Of a stretch of 32,000 nucleotides of DNA, positions 1 to 8,503 are shown piece after piece. Source of the stretch: Candidatus Electrothrix yaqonensis (GTDB lineage Bacteria; Desulfobacterota; Desulfobulbia; Desulfobulbales; Desulfobulbaceae); assembly GCA_047651235.1 (NCBI GenBank), contig CP178758.1, forward strand, positions 3,240,001 to 3,272,000, in the 5' to 3' direction. Within the stretch, counting starts at the first letter, position 1; each line of letters begins with the position of its first letter. The notes beneath the pieces are model-generated. The model searched no databases, had not been told where the DNA came from, and saw nothing but the letters and a program-made list of their open reading frames with translations. The translations under genes and the position numbers were made by a program.

Positions 1-49
1 ATTTTTTCAGTTTATCTGCCTGCATTCCATTCCTCACAAAAGATAGACA

Positions 50-85
50 TAAAAAAAGCCACAGTTCATGCACTGAACCGTGGCT
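50..85 (-). terminator. Rho-independent terminator (read on minus strand)
   Basis: On the minus strand there is a 12-bp stem (agccacggttca / tgaactgtggct, one G-U pair) with a 5-nt loop. A run of 7 T follows (plus-strand a51-a57). Confidence 0.5.
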
Positions 86-334
86 GCCGGATTGTTTCTG
101 TTCTTTTCTTCTTTTTAACTGCTCAGAACAGACTTCTTCCTTCTGCCACAGCCGCGCTGTGCAGTCCGGATAGGAGGCCAAGAAGGAGAAGAAGTCTGTT
201 GAAAATCATAGTCGCTTGTTTCCTGATGATACCTCCCATCATAAGACAGGGTTCTGCATTGTCAAGCATCAATTTTGCTTTGGGAAAAAATAACTTCTGA
301 ATTTACTGTGAGCTACGTTACTGCAATTCCCCTG

Positions 335-363
335 TTGACACGGGAAGATATGTTTCGTAAATT
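335..363 (+). promoter_or_regulatory. Sigma-70-like promoter candidate (TTGACA-17 nt-TAAATT)
   Basis: A perfect -35 TTGACA sits at 335-340. A 17-nt spacer follows, then TAAATT at 358-363 (4/6 match to TATAAT). It lies about 230 nt upstream of the eptA-like start. Confidence 0.35.
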
Positions 364-381
364 GATTGATCGTAATGTTTC

Positions 382-430
382 AATATAGAAGCATGTTTTC
401 CAGACAGCTTCTATATTTTATCGTGTTTTT
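382..430 (+). terminator. Hairpin plus T-rich tract just downstream of the candidate promoter (attenuator or short-transcript terminator)
   Basis: The stem is atatagaagc (383-392) paired with gcttctatat (407-416), with a 14-nt loop. The T-rich tract tttatcgtgttttt follows. Confidence 0.35.
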
Positions 431-596
431 CTTGCAGAAAAACTCATGCAGGGGAATTGCAGCAAAAAAATGAATAATCAGTATTCGTTCCCGGAATTCC
501 GAACAGAATATCGGATAAAATGAGGATAAACGGAAGCGATAAAGCGTTCCGGGAAACTGAACATTCTCTCCTGTCAGTCAAGTCAGTCAAAAAAGG

Positions 597-2231
597 ATGT
601 TGGCAAATTATCTTTCCGACCTTATTTCTGGAAAAAGGCAGATCACAGCAACAAAACTTTTGTTCCTTCTCTCTCTGTTCTTTGTTGCTATATACAACAT
701 AGCTTTTTTTCGCCACATCTTAGCAGTATACCCTTTGTCTCCAAAGAATTTTTATTTTTTAATCTCATTAACTGCCGGAATAACCTTTGTTATATTTTTA
801 TTGTTCACCCTGATAACCTCAGCAGGCGGAACAAAACCGATCCTGATATTTTTTCTTATAACATCATCCGTTGCAGCATATTTCATGGACAGCTATGATG
901 TCGTCATAGACCACATCATGATGCAGAACATAGCTGAAACAGACTGGTCGGAAACCTATGATCTGCTGAATATAAAAATACTGTATTATCTTCTGCTCCT
1001 CGGCCTGCTGCCGAGCTGGTTTGTATACCGGGTCAGGATTACAGCCGAATCTCTGAAAAAATCGATTTTCCGCAAAATACGGGATAGCTTTGTTGCCGTC
1101 CTGTTAATCTTTGCAATAATTTTAACATTCAGCAGGTTCTATACTTCATTCTTCAGAGAGCATAAGCCGCTACGGTATTACAGCAATCCCGGGTATTATG
1201 TTTATTCCTTCGGGAAATACATAAGCCAGAACTTCAATCTGCATAAAAAAACAGTCTCTCCGCTCGGGCTTGATGCGGAAGCAACTGAGCCCACTCATGA
1301 CGAACAGCAAAAAGAATTGGTGATCCTCGTTGTCGGAGAAGCGGCCAGAGCAGATCATTTTTCCTTAAACGGTTATCCGAAAGAAACAAATCCTCTGTTA
1401 AAAAAAGAGGATATCATAAGTATGAGCAGAGTATTCTCCTGCGGGACATCTACAGCGTATTCCGTTCCCTGTATGTTTTCTGTTTTTCCACGAGCAGAAT
1501 TCAGCCACAGCAGGGGCAAGGCAAATGAAAATGTATTGGACGTATTGCACCATACAGGTTTTGTCGATATCTTATGGCGGGATAACAACTCTGATTCAAA
1601 AGGTGTTGCCCTGCGTGTTGCTTATGAAGATTACAGCCTTCCGGAAAACAATACTCTTTGTTCAGATGGGGAATGCAGAGACGAGGGTATGCTGGTCGGG
1701 CTTGATCAGTATATTGCGGAACATCAGGGGAGAGATATTCTGATCATTCTCCATCAGATGGGAAATCACGGTCCGGCCTATTATAAAAGATACCCGAAAG
1801 CATTTGAACAATTCACCCCGGCCTGTACAACAAATCAGCTAGAAGAATGCACGCAGGAGGAAATAATCAATGCGTATGACAATGCGCTGTTATATACAGA
1901 CTACTTCCTGTCCAAGGTGATTGATCTGTTAAAAAAATATGATAAAAACCATGAAACGGCGATGATCTACTTCAGTGATCACGGTGAGAGCCTGGGAGAA
2001 AGCGGCGTATATCTTCATGGTCTGCCGTATATGATTGCCCCGGAATCCCAAAAGCATATCGGGGCGCTGATGTGGTTCGGAGACCATTTTACAAAAGACA
2101 TTGACGTTGACTCGATCCAAAAAAAGAGAGACAGGGAGTACAGTCACGACAACCTGTTTCATACTCTGCTTGGACTCTTTGAGATAAAGACCGAGGTCTA
2201 TAATCGGGAATTGGATATACTGCACGATTAA
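597..2231 (+). CDS. eptA: Phosphoethanolamine--lipid A transferase (EptA/MCR family; N-terminal membrane domain plus sulfatase-type catalytic domain)
   Basis: The 544-aa ORF has a hydrophobic N-terminal region. It carries family-typical motifs: VVGEAARADHFSLNGY, the CGTSTAYSVPCMFS catalytic Thr region, HQMGNHGPAYYKRYP and YFSDHGESLGESGVYLHG. Confidence 0.9.
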   Translation: MLANYLSDLISGKRQITATKLLFLLSLFFVAIYNIAFFRHILAVYPLSPKNFYFLISLTAGITFVIFLLFTLITSAGGTKPILIFFLITSSVAAYFMDSYDVVIDHIMMQNIAETDWSETYDLLNIKILYYLLLLGLLPSWFVYRVRITAESLKKSIFRKIRDSFVAVLLIFAIILTFSRFYTSFFREHKPLRYYSNPGYYVYSFGKYISQNFNLHKKTVSPLGLDAEATEPTHDEQQKELVILVVGEAARADHFSLNGYPKETNPLLKKEDIISMSRVFSCGTSTAYSVPCMFSVFPRAEFSHSRGKANENVLDVLHHTGFVDILWRDNNSDSKGVALRVAYEDYSLPENNTLCSDGECRDEGMLVGLDQYIAEHQGRDILIILHQMGNHGPAYYKRYPKAFEQFTPACTTNQLEECTQEEIINAYDNALLYTDYFLSKVIDLLKKYDKNHETAMIYFSDHGESLGESGVYLHGLPYMIAPESQKHIGALMWFGDHFTKDIDVDSIQKKRDREYSHDNLFHTLLGLFEIKTEVYNRELDILHD

Positions 2232-2258
2232 CCACTTGATATGACTTGATATATAATC

Positions 2259-3068
2259 ATGCGCCGTGCAGCAGCATCAGGAAAAGTTGGCAGCTCTATG
2301 GAAAACATCCCGTTCATGGTGTTTTTCCCGTGTCTGCTGTTAATCTTTGCCCTGATTTTTGAGTACAGCGGCATAGATATCTGGTGGGTTTCTCATTTTT
2401 ATGATCCCGGCAATAACATATGGCCGTACCGGGAACATTGGCTGTTCGATCATATTATTCATTCCGGCGGACAATTGCTCGACTGGTCTTTTGCGGCGAT
2501 CTGGCTCCTGTTCTTCCTTCTGATCAACATCAGGAAAGACCTCAGAATATACCGAAAAATAGCTCTCTATTTTTTTGTCGCTACTGCAGCAGGACCTCTG
2601 CTGGTCGGTATAGGAAAAAAATTTACCCACATTTATTCTCCCTGGGATCTGCAGCTGTTTAACGGGCCGGAGCCGTATATCAGAATGCTGGATGCCGTAC
2701 CCGCCAACGCGCCAAAGGGACACGCCTTTCCGGCCGGACATGCCTCCGGAGGATACTGCTTTCTCAGTATATATTTTGTCCTGCTGCGATACCGATCCGC
2801 GTACAGAGGATACGGCCTGATCTTCGGCTTGGTTCTCGGATTAATTTTCGGCTTGGGACAGCAGATAAGGGGTGCCCATTTTCCCAGTCATGATATGATA
2901 ACTGTGCTGATCTGCTGGTATGCTTCACTGGCTTGTTATCTTCTTTTTTATCCGGAGGAATGGCAGTTCTTGAAAACGGAACGTATCCTCCTGCCAGGGA
3001 AAGGGGATAAAACGATGAACCTGTCTCAAAAAAAACTGTATTACATATCATGGGTAAACACTATTTAA
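2259..3068 (+). CDS. PAP2-superfamily membrane phosphatase (divergent)
   Basis: The 269-aa polytopic ORF has FPAGHASGG (PSGH-like C2 motif) and IRGAHFPSHD (C3-like motif). It lies directly downstream of the eptA-like gene. The start could instead be the ATG at 2298 (MENIPF...). Confidence 0.75.
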   Translation: MRRAAASGKVGSSMENIPFMVFFPCLLLIFALIFEYSGIDIWWVSHFYDPGNNIWPYREHWLFDHIIHSGGQLLDWSFAAIWLLFFLLINIRKDLRIYRKIALYFFVATAAGPLLVGIGKKFTHIYSPWDLQLFNGPEPYIRMLDAVPANAPKGHAFPAGHASGGYCFLSIYFVLLRYRSAYRGYGLIFGLVLGLIFGLGQQIRGAHFPSHDMITVLICWYASLACYLLFYPEEWQFLKTERILLPGKGDKTMNLSQKKLYYISWVNTI

Positions 3069-5725
3069 ATAAACTGTTTGAGCCAAGCTCGGTCGCGGTG
3101 TTCGGCGCCAGCGACCGCGAAGGCGCAGTAGGAAATCTCGTTTTCAAGAATATGATTGAAGGCGGCTTTCAGGGTGAGGTTTTTCCGGTCAACCCCAAGC
3201 ACGAAGAGGTGCAGGGCCGCAAAGCCTATCCTGATCTGAAGAGTATCGGGCAGCCGGTGGATCTGGCGGTGATCACCACTCCGGCGGCAACTGTGCCCGG
3301 CATCATCGATGCCTGCGGCAACTACGGCATCCGGGATGCGGTGGTGATTTCAGCCGGTTTTCGTGAAGTCGGGCTGCGGGGAAAAAAACTGGAGCAGGCG
3401 GTTACGGAGAATGCCCGCCGCTACGGCCTGCGTTTTATGGGACCGAACTGCCTCGGCCTGATGCGCCCCAGCACCGGACTCAACTGCACCTTTAACAAGG
3501 GCGGGGCTGCCCCGGGCAACATTGCTCTGGTTTCCCAGTCGGGTGCGCTCTGCACCGCGATTCTCGACTGGGCCGCCGCCAACAAGATCGGTTTTTCCGC
3601 TGTGATTTCCACCGGCATTTCAGCGGATATCGATTTCGGCGATGTACTGGACTATCTGGTCAATGATCCGAAAACCAAGAGTATTCTCCTCTATATTGAA
3701 GGAATCCATGATGCGCTTTCCTTTATGAGCGGCCTGCGGGCAGCGGCCCGTTTCAAACCGGTCATTGCCCTCAAAGTAGGGCGTCACGCCAGCGGCTCCA
3801 AGGCCGCCATGTCCCATACCGGTGCTCTGGTTGGCTCGGATGACGTGTTTGAGAGTGCTCTGCGCCGAGCCGGTGTGCTGCGCGGCCTGCGGATTGCCAA
3901 CCTCTTTTCCGCTGCCGGAACCCTGACCTTTCCGATCAAGGCGGCCGGTGACCGGCTGGCGATCATTACCAACGGCGGAGGACCGGGCGTGATGGCCACG
4001 GATCGGTTGGCGGATCTTGATCTGCCTCTGGCTCAGCTGTCCGAGGAGACAATGAGCAGGCTGAACGAGGTGCTACCGCCCACCTGGTCCAAGAGCAATC
4101 CGGTAGACATCATCGGCGACGCAACTCCGGAGCGCTATGCCCAGGCCGTGGAGGTCTGCATGAAGGATTCCGGGGTGGACGGCCTGCTTGTCGTGCTCAC
4201 CCCCCAGGCCATGACCGATCCGGCCGGGGTAGCCGAATCGCTGATCGCCTTGAATACCAACGGCAAACCGCTTCTGACCTGCTGGATGGGCGAAGTTCAG
4301 GTAGCAATAGGCCGCCGCATCCTGCGCGATGCCAATATCCCCACCTTCAACACCCCGGAAACCGCAGTGGATGCCTTTTCCTATCTGGTCAACTACAGCC
4401 GCAACCAGAAGCTGCTTCTGGAGACTCCGGGACCGATTTCACGGGACAAGGCCCCGGATGTGGAAGGAGCGCGGCTGATCATCGAAAGCGTGCTGGGTGA
4501 GGGACGCAGGGTACTCAGCGAATCTGAATCCAAGGCCATCCTCCATGCCTTCCATATTCCCACAGCACGGGCCAGCATTGTCCGTTCGGCCAACGAGACC
4601 CTAATTCAGGCGGCAACTATCGGCTTTCCGGTGGCCCTGAAGATCAACTCACCGGATATCACCCATAAATCCGACGCAGGCGGGGTGCGGCTTGGGATCA
4701 GTAATGCCCAGGCTGCCCGCAGCGCCTATAACGAGATGATTGCTGCTGTGCGCAAGAACCGGCCGGAGGCCCGTATTGACGGGGTGACCATTCAGCCGAT
4801 GCTGCAGCGGCCTAACGGTCGGGAAATCCTGGTCGGCTTGGTGACAGATCCGGTCTTCGGGCCGGTGATCACCTTCGGGGCAGGCGGAACAGCCGTAGAG
4901 GTGATGGGCGACCGGGCTGTGACTCTGCCGCCGCTCAACCGCCGTCTGGTCCAGGATCTGATCCGGCGGACCAGGGTATCCAAACTGCTCGACGCCTTCC
5001 GGCACATGCCCAAGGTGGATATGGCGGCTCTGGAACAGGTGTTGCTGCGGGTTTCGGAAATCGCCTGCGAGCTGCCCCTGGTCAAAGAACTGGATATCAA
5101 CCCGCTGATTGTTGACGAGAACGGGGCGGTAGCCCTGGATGCCCGCATCGTAGTGGATTATCACACTATGACCTCGGACCGCTACAGTCATATGGCCATC
5201 TATCCTTATCCGGCCCATCTGGTCATCCGGCGGCAGCTGCCCGACGGCACGGACATGGTGATCCGGCCCATCCGGCCGGAGGATGCCGAGCTGGAGCAGG
5301 ACTTTGTCCGCAACCTCTCCGAGCAGACCAAGTACTTCCGCTTCATGCAGACCATTGATGAACTCAGCCCGCTGATGCTGGCCCGCTTCACTCAGATCGA
5401 CTACAATCGGGAAATGGCTCTGATTGCGGTGCTGGAAAGCTATGGCAGGGAAAAACAGATCGGTGTGGCCCGCTACAGCATCAATCCGGACGGCCAAAGC
5501 TGTGAATTTGCCATTGTGGTGGCAGACAAATGGCAACGGCAAGGCATTGCCCATCTGCTGATGCAGCGGCTGATCTCCACAGCCCGCAGTCACGGACTGC
5601 GGATCATGGAAGGTGATGTGCTGGCCACCAACAGCGACATGCTTACCCTGGCAGCCAAACTGGGCTTCACTATCACCCCCAGCGGAGAAGAGCCTGATGT
5701 GGAGCATGTGGTGCTGCGGCTGTAG
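3050..5725 (+). CDS. Pat/PatZ-type protein: ADP-forming acyl-CoA synthetase-like domains (CoA-binding, ATP-grasp) fused to a C-terminal GNAT acetyltransferase
   Basis: The 891-aa ORF begins with LNKLFEPSSVAVFGASDREGAVG (CoA-binding). It has a succinyl-CoA-synthetase-like middle region and an ATP-grasp region. The C-terminal GNAT region reads FAIVVADKWQRQGIAHLLMQRL. Length and architecture match bacterial protein lysine acetyltransferase Pat. Confidence 0.88.
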   Translation: MGKHYLNKLFEPSSVAVFGASDREGAVGNLVFKNMIEGGFQGEVFPVNPKHEEVQGRKAYPDLKSIGQPVDLAVITTPAATVPGIIDACGNYGIRDAVVISAGFREVGLRGKKLEQAVTENARRYGLRFMGPNCLGLMRPSTGLNCTFNKGGAAPGNIALVSQSGALCTAILDWAAANKIGFSAVISTGISADIDFGDVLDYLVNDPKTKSILLYIEGIHDALSFMSGLRAAARFKPVIALKVGRHASGSKAAMSHTGALVGSDDVFESALRRAGVLRGLRIANLFSAAGTLTFPIKAAGDRLAIITNGGGPGVMATDRLADLDLPLAQLSEETMSRLNEVLPPTWSKSNPVDIIGDATPERYAQAVEVCMKDSGVDGLLVVLTPQAMTDPAGVAESLIALNTNGKPLLTCWMGEVQVAIGRRILRDANIPTFNTPETAVDAFSYLVNYSRNQKLLLETPGPISRDKAPDVEGARLIIESVLGEGRRVLSESESKAILHAFHIPTARASIVRSANETLIQAATIGFPVALKINSPDITHKSDAGGVRLGISNAQAARSAYNEMIAAVRKNRPEARIDGVTIQPMLQRPNGREILVGLVTDPVFGPVITFGAGGTAVEVMGDRAVTLPPLNRRLVQDLIRRTRVSKLLDAFRHMPKVDMAALEQVLLRVSEIACELPLVKELDINPLIVDENGAVALDARIVVDYHTMTSDRYSHMAIYPYPAHLVIRRQLPDGTDMVIRPIRPEDAELEQDFVRNLSEQTKYFRFMQTIDELSPLMLARFTQIDYNREMALIAVLESYGREKQIGVARYSINPDGQSCEFAIVVADKWQRQGIAHLLMQRLISTARSHGLRIMEGDVLATNSDMLTLAAKLGFTITPSGEEPDVEHVVLRL

Positions 5726-5848
5726 GGAATGTTCAGGTCATCCGATTTCTGGCCGGGTTCGGACAGAAGGCCCCGGGCTTCGCAAGTATACCCCCGCCGC
5801 TGCCCGGGAAACCAGCCAGCAAAGACAGGATCGCTTTGAAATCGGGAT

Positions 5849-6811
5849 ATGCATATCGGCTCAGTTCTTCTGAAGAATACCTTTGTCCTTGCCCCGCTGG
5901 CCGGGTATACTGATCTGCCGTTCCGCCTAGTCTGCCGGGAACAGGGAGCCGGGCTGACCGTTTCCGAGATGATCAGCTGTCACGGACTGGTGTACGGGCA
6001 TGACAAGACCCTGGCCATGCTCAGAACCCTGCCTGCGGAACGGCCTTGGGCAGTACAGCTTTTCGGCAATGAGGCGGAGATCATAGGCCGGGCTGCTGCC
6101 CTTCTTTCCGAACATCCGGCGGATATTCTGGATATCAACATGGGCTGCCCGGTGCGCAAGGTGGTGAAAAAGGGATCCGGGGTTTCCCTGATGAAGCCGG
6201 AGAGTCTGGCCAAGGCGGAAGCCATCATCCGGGCTGTGATCGCCAACACGGACCGTCCGGTGACCGTAAAATTCCGCAGCGGCTGGAACGACCGGTCAAT
6301 CATTGCGCCGGAGTTTGCCCAAATGTGCGAAGCTGCCGGGGCAGCCGCAGTGACCATTCATGCCCGAACCTGGGCCCAGCAGTTCGGCGGCAGGGCTGAC
6401 CGAAAAATCATTGCCGCAGTGAAGCAGGCCGTTTCTATCCCGGTCATCGGCAACGGTGACATTCTCACGCATGAGGATGGGCTGGAGATGATGGCGGAAA
6501 CCGGCTGCGATGCCGTCATGATCGGTCGGGGTGCTCTGGGTAACCCCTGGCTCTTCCGACCCGGCGGAATGCCGGAGACCCTGGCCGGGCGCCTGCCCGT
6601 CATTCTCTGTTATCTGCAGCTGGCCGAAGAGCATCTGGACACGGAACGCCTGCTCTTCCGGATCAAAAATCACACCGGTCGTTTTCTGAACGGTCTTCCC
6701 GGAGCAGTAAAGATGCGGCAGGAGATTATGGGTTGCCGTTCTGTGGGAGAGCTCAGGGCATTGCTGCAGGAGAAGATACTGTCCGGTTCGGGCGCTGCTC
6801 ACCCGCTTTGA
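5849..6811 (+). CDS. dusB: tRNA-dihydrouridine synthase (Dus family, DusB-like)
   Basis: The 320-aa ORF carries LAPLAGYTDLPFR, DINMGCPVRKV and a TIM-barrel FMN pattern (GNGDI). Confidence 0.85.
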   Translation: MHIGSVLLKNTFVLAPLAGYTDLPFRLVCREQGAGLTVSEMISCHGLVYGHDKTLAMLRTLPAERPWAVQLFGNEAEIIGRAAALLSEHPADILDINMGCPVRKVVKKGSGVSLMKPESLAKAEAIIRAVIANTDRPVTVKFRSGWNDRSIIAPEFAQMCEAAGAAAVTIHARTWAQQFGGRADRKIIAAVKQAVSIPVIGNGDILTHEDGLEMMAETGCDAVMIGRGALGNPWLFRPGGMPETLAGRLPVILCYLQLAEEHLDTERLLFRIKNHTGRFLNGLPGAVKMRQEIMGCRSVGELRALLQEKILSGSGAAHPL

Positions 6812-6862
6812 TTTCTCTGCTGTCTCTCTGTGCCGCCTTTCTATGTCGCACTTGGCAGCCCC

Positions 6863-6892
6863 AAAAAAGCCCCTTCCAACGGAAGAGGCTTT
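6863..6892 (-). terminator. Rho-independent terminator of the sigma factor gene (possibly bidirectional)
   Basis: On the minus strand the sequence reads aaagcctcttcc-gtt-ggaaggggcttttttgggg. This is a 9-11 bp stem with one G-U pair followed by TTTTTT. It sits between the convergent dusB and sigma genes. Confidence 0.6.
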
Positions 6893-6920
6893 GCAGGCGG
6901 ACAGAAAAAGCTGGCCGGAA

Positions 6921-8240
6921 TCAGTCGAGAAAAAAACGAAGTTTTTCCCGGCGGCTGGAATGGCGCAGTCGGTTCAGGGCCTTTTTCTCTATCTGGCGGA
7001 TACGCTCGCGGGAGACATTGAATTTTTTACCGATTTCCTCAAGGGTATACTCGGCCTTTTCTCCGATCCCGAAACGGAGACGGATGATTTTTTCCTCCCT
7101 GTTGGTCAGGGTGGATAGGACTTCTGTTACCCGGCTGGCCAGTTCACGATTTTCCACGGTGTCGTAGGGTGATTCCGATTCCTGATTTTCCAGAAAATCG
7201 CCGAGCGTGGAATCATCATCACCCACCGGGGTTTCCAGCGAAATCGGCTCACGGGATGCTTCCAGGATGGCCAGGATCTTGTCCATAGGCAGATCGGTCA
7301 TCTCCGAGATCTCTGCCGGAGTCGGTTCGCGGCCCAGCTCCTTGAGCAGAGAATAGAATGCCTTGAAAAACTGGCTGCGCAGCTCCAAAAAATGCACCGG
7401 CAGCCGGATGGTCCGAGTTTTATCCAGAATCGCCCGGGTGATGGCCTGCCTGATCCACCAGGAGGCATAGGTGGAAAATTTATTGCCTTTGGTGTAATCA
7501 AACCGGAACACCGCCCGCATAAGGCCCAAATTGCCTTCCTGGATCAGATCTGCCAAGGTCAGGCCCTGATGCATGTAGCGTTTGGCGATCGAAACCACCA
7601 GCCGGAGATTGGCCCGGATCATGCAATCCTTGGCTGTTTCAATAGACCGGTTATAGGCCCCCATTCTGGTGTGGAGCTCAAACAGCTCCCGCTTTTCCTG
7701 ATACCGCGCCGCAGCATTTTCCACACACTTGCGCATGTAGTTCAGCTGCTGCTTTTTCGGCTTCAGCGTCGGGTCACGCCGTTCCCAGAGGTCGATCCGT
7801 TCCTTCAGACTCCTGAGTTCCGGTACCTCTGAGGTGTCTTCCCGAACTGCATCGATAATAGCGCTGAATCCTTCCCGGATTGCCCGGGAATAATGCGCTT
7901 CCTCTTCCGGGGTCAGGAGATCAAACTGGCCCATCTCCCGCAGGTACGTGGTCGTAGTCTCTTCGGATTCGTGCTCTTCCGCAACCGCGACCGTAGTCCG
8001 CTCATCTTCTTCTTGGAACTCCTCTTTTCCGGTCCATTCCTCACCGGAGAGGGTTCTCTTTTTTCCGGAGTCTTCAACGGTCACAATTTCAATGTTGTGT
8101 GCAGTCAAAAAATCAAAAACCGCCTCAATCGCCCCGGGATCTTTTATATCTTCTGGCAGCAACTCGTTAAGATGTTTAAATGTAATACATCCTTCACCTT
8201 TTCCGGCCTTAAGAAGGTCTTCCTGAATACTTGCCAGCAC
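6921..8240 (-). CDS. RNA polymerase sigma factor, sigma-70 family (RpoD/SigA-like, regions 1.1-4 present)
   Basis: The 439-aa ORF has YLREMG (region 1.2), ANLRLVVSIAKRY...LIQEGNLGLMRAVFRFDYTKGNKFSTYASWWIRQAITRAI (region 2) and a C-terminal region 4 HTH (YTLEEIGKKFNVSRERIRQIE). It is shorter than typical proteobacterial primary RpoD, so primary versus group-2 status is unresolved. Confidence 0.88.
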   Translation of the reverse strand: MLASIQEDLLKAGKGEGCITFKHLNELLPEDIKDPGAIEAVFDFLTAHNIEIVTVEDSGKKRTLSGEEWTGKEEFQEEDERTTVAVAEEHESEETTTTYLREMGQFDLLTPEEEAHYSRAIREGFSAIIDAVREDTSEVPELRSLKERIDLWERRDPTLKPKKQQLNYMRKCVENAAARYQEKRELFELHTRMGAYNRSIETAKDCMIRANLRLVVSIAKRYMHQGLTLADLIQEGNLGLMRAVFRFDYTKGNKFSTYASWWIRQAITRAILDKTRTIRLPVHFLELRSQFFKAFYSLLKELGREPTPAEISEMTDLPMDKILAILEASREPISLETPVGDDDSTLGDFLENQESESPYDTVENRELASRVTEVLSTLTNREEKIIRLRFGIGEKAEYTLEEIGKKFNVSRERIRQIEKKALNRLRHSSRREKLRFFLD

Positions 8241-8503
8241 CTGCCCGCAACCCCCTGCATTATGTATAACTCTCTATATTTAAAAAGCGAAAACAGACTT
8301 TCGCACATATGAAAAATATTTAGTGAATAAACTTCTATTAGATAGTATATTTTTCCAAAAAAAGCAAACAAAGAGTTCCCGGCCCGGATTTTTTCTCCGG
8401 CCTGCTGCCCGATGAACGATGCATTCCGGACGCAGCTTTTCCCCTGAAAAAATAATTTCTGCGTACTCAGGATCATTCACTCCAATCATTTATATTTATT
8501 TAT

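Larger units (their letters stand above)
321..462. repeat. 14-nt perfect inverted repeat pair enclosing the promoter and hairpin (142-bp unit)
   Basis: ctgcaattcccctg at 321-334 is the exact reverse complement of caggggaattgcag at 449-462. Confidence 0.6.

Noticed and set aside
444-716. 90-aa minus-strand ORF and 60-aa plus-strand ORF upstream of or overlapping the eptA start
   Set aside because: They have no SD or motifs and overlap the eptA start region. They are probably non-coding leader sequence.
4649-5707. 352-aa minus-strand ORF inside the Pat-type gene
   Set aside because: It is fully antisense to a strongly motif-supported 891-aa gene. Its composition is rich in Arg/Gly/His/Pro with no motifs. 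This is a typical shadow ORF of GC-rich coding DNA.
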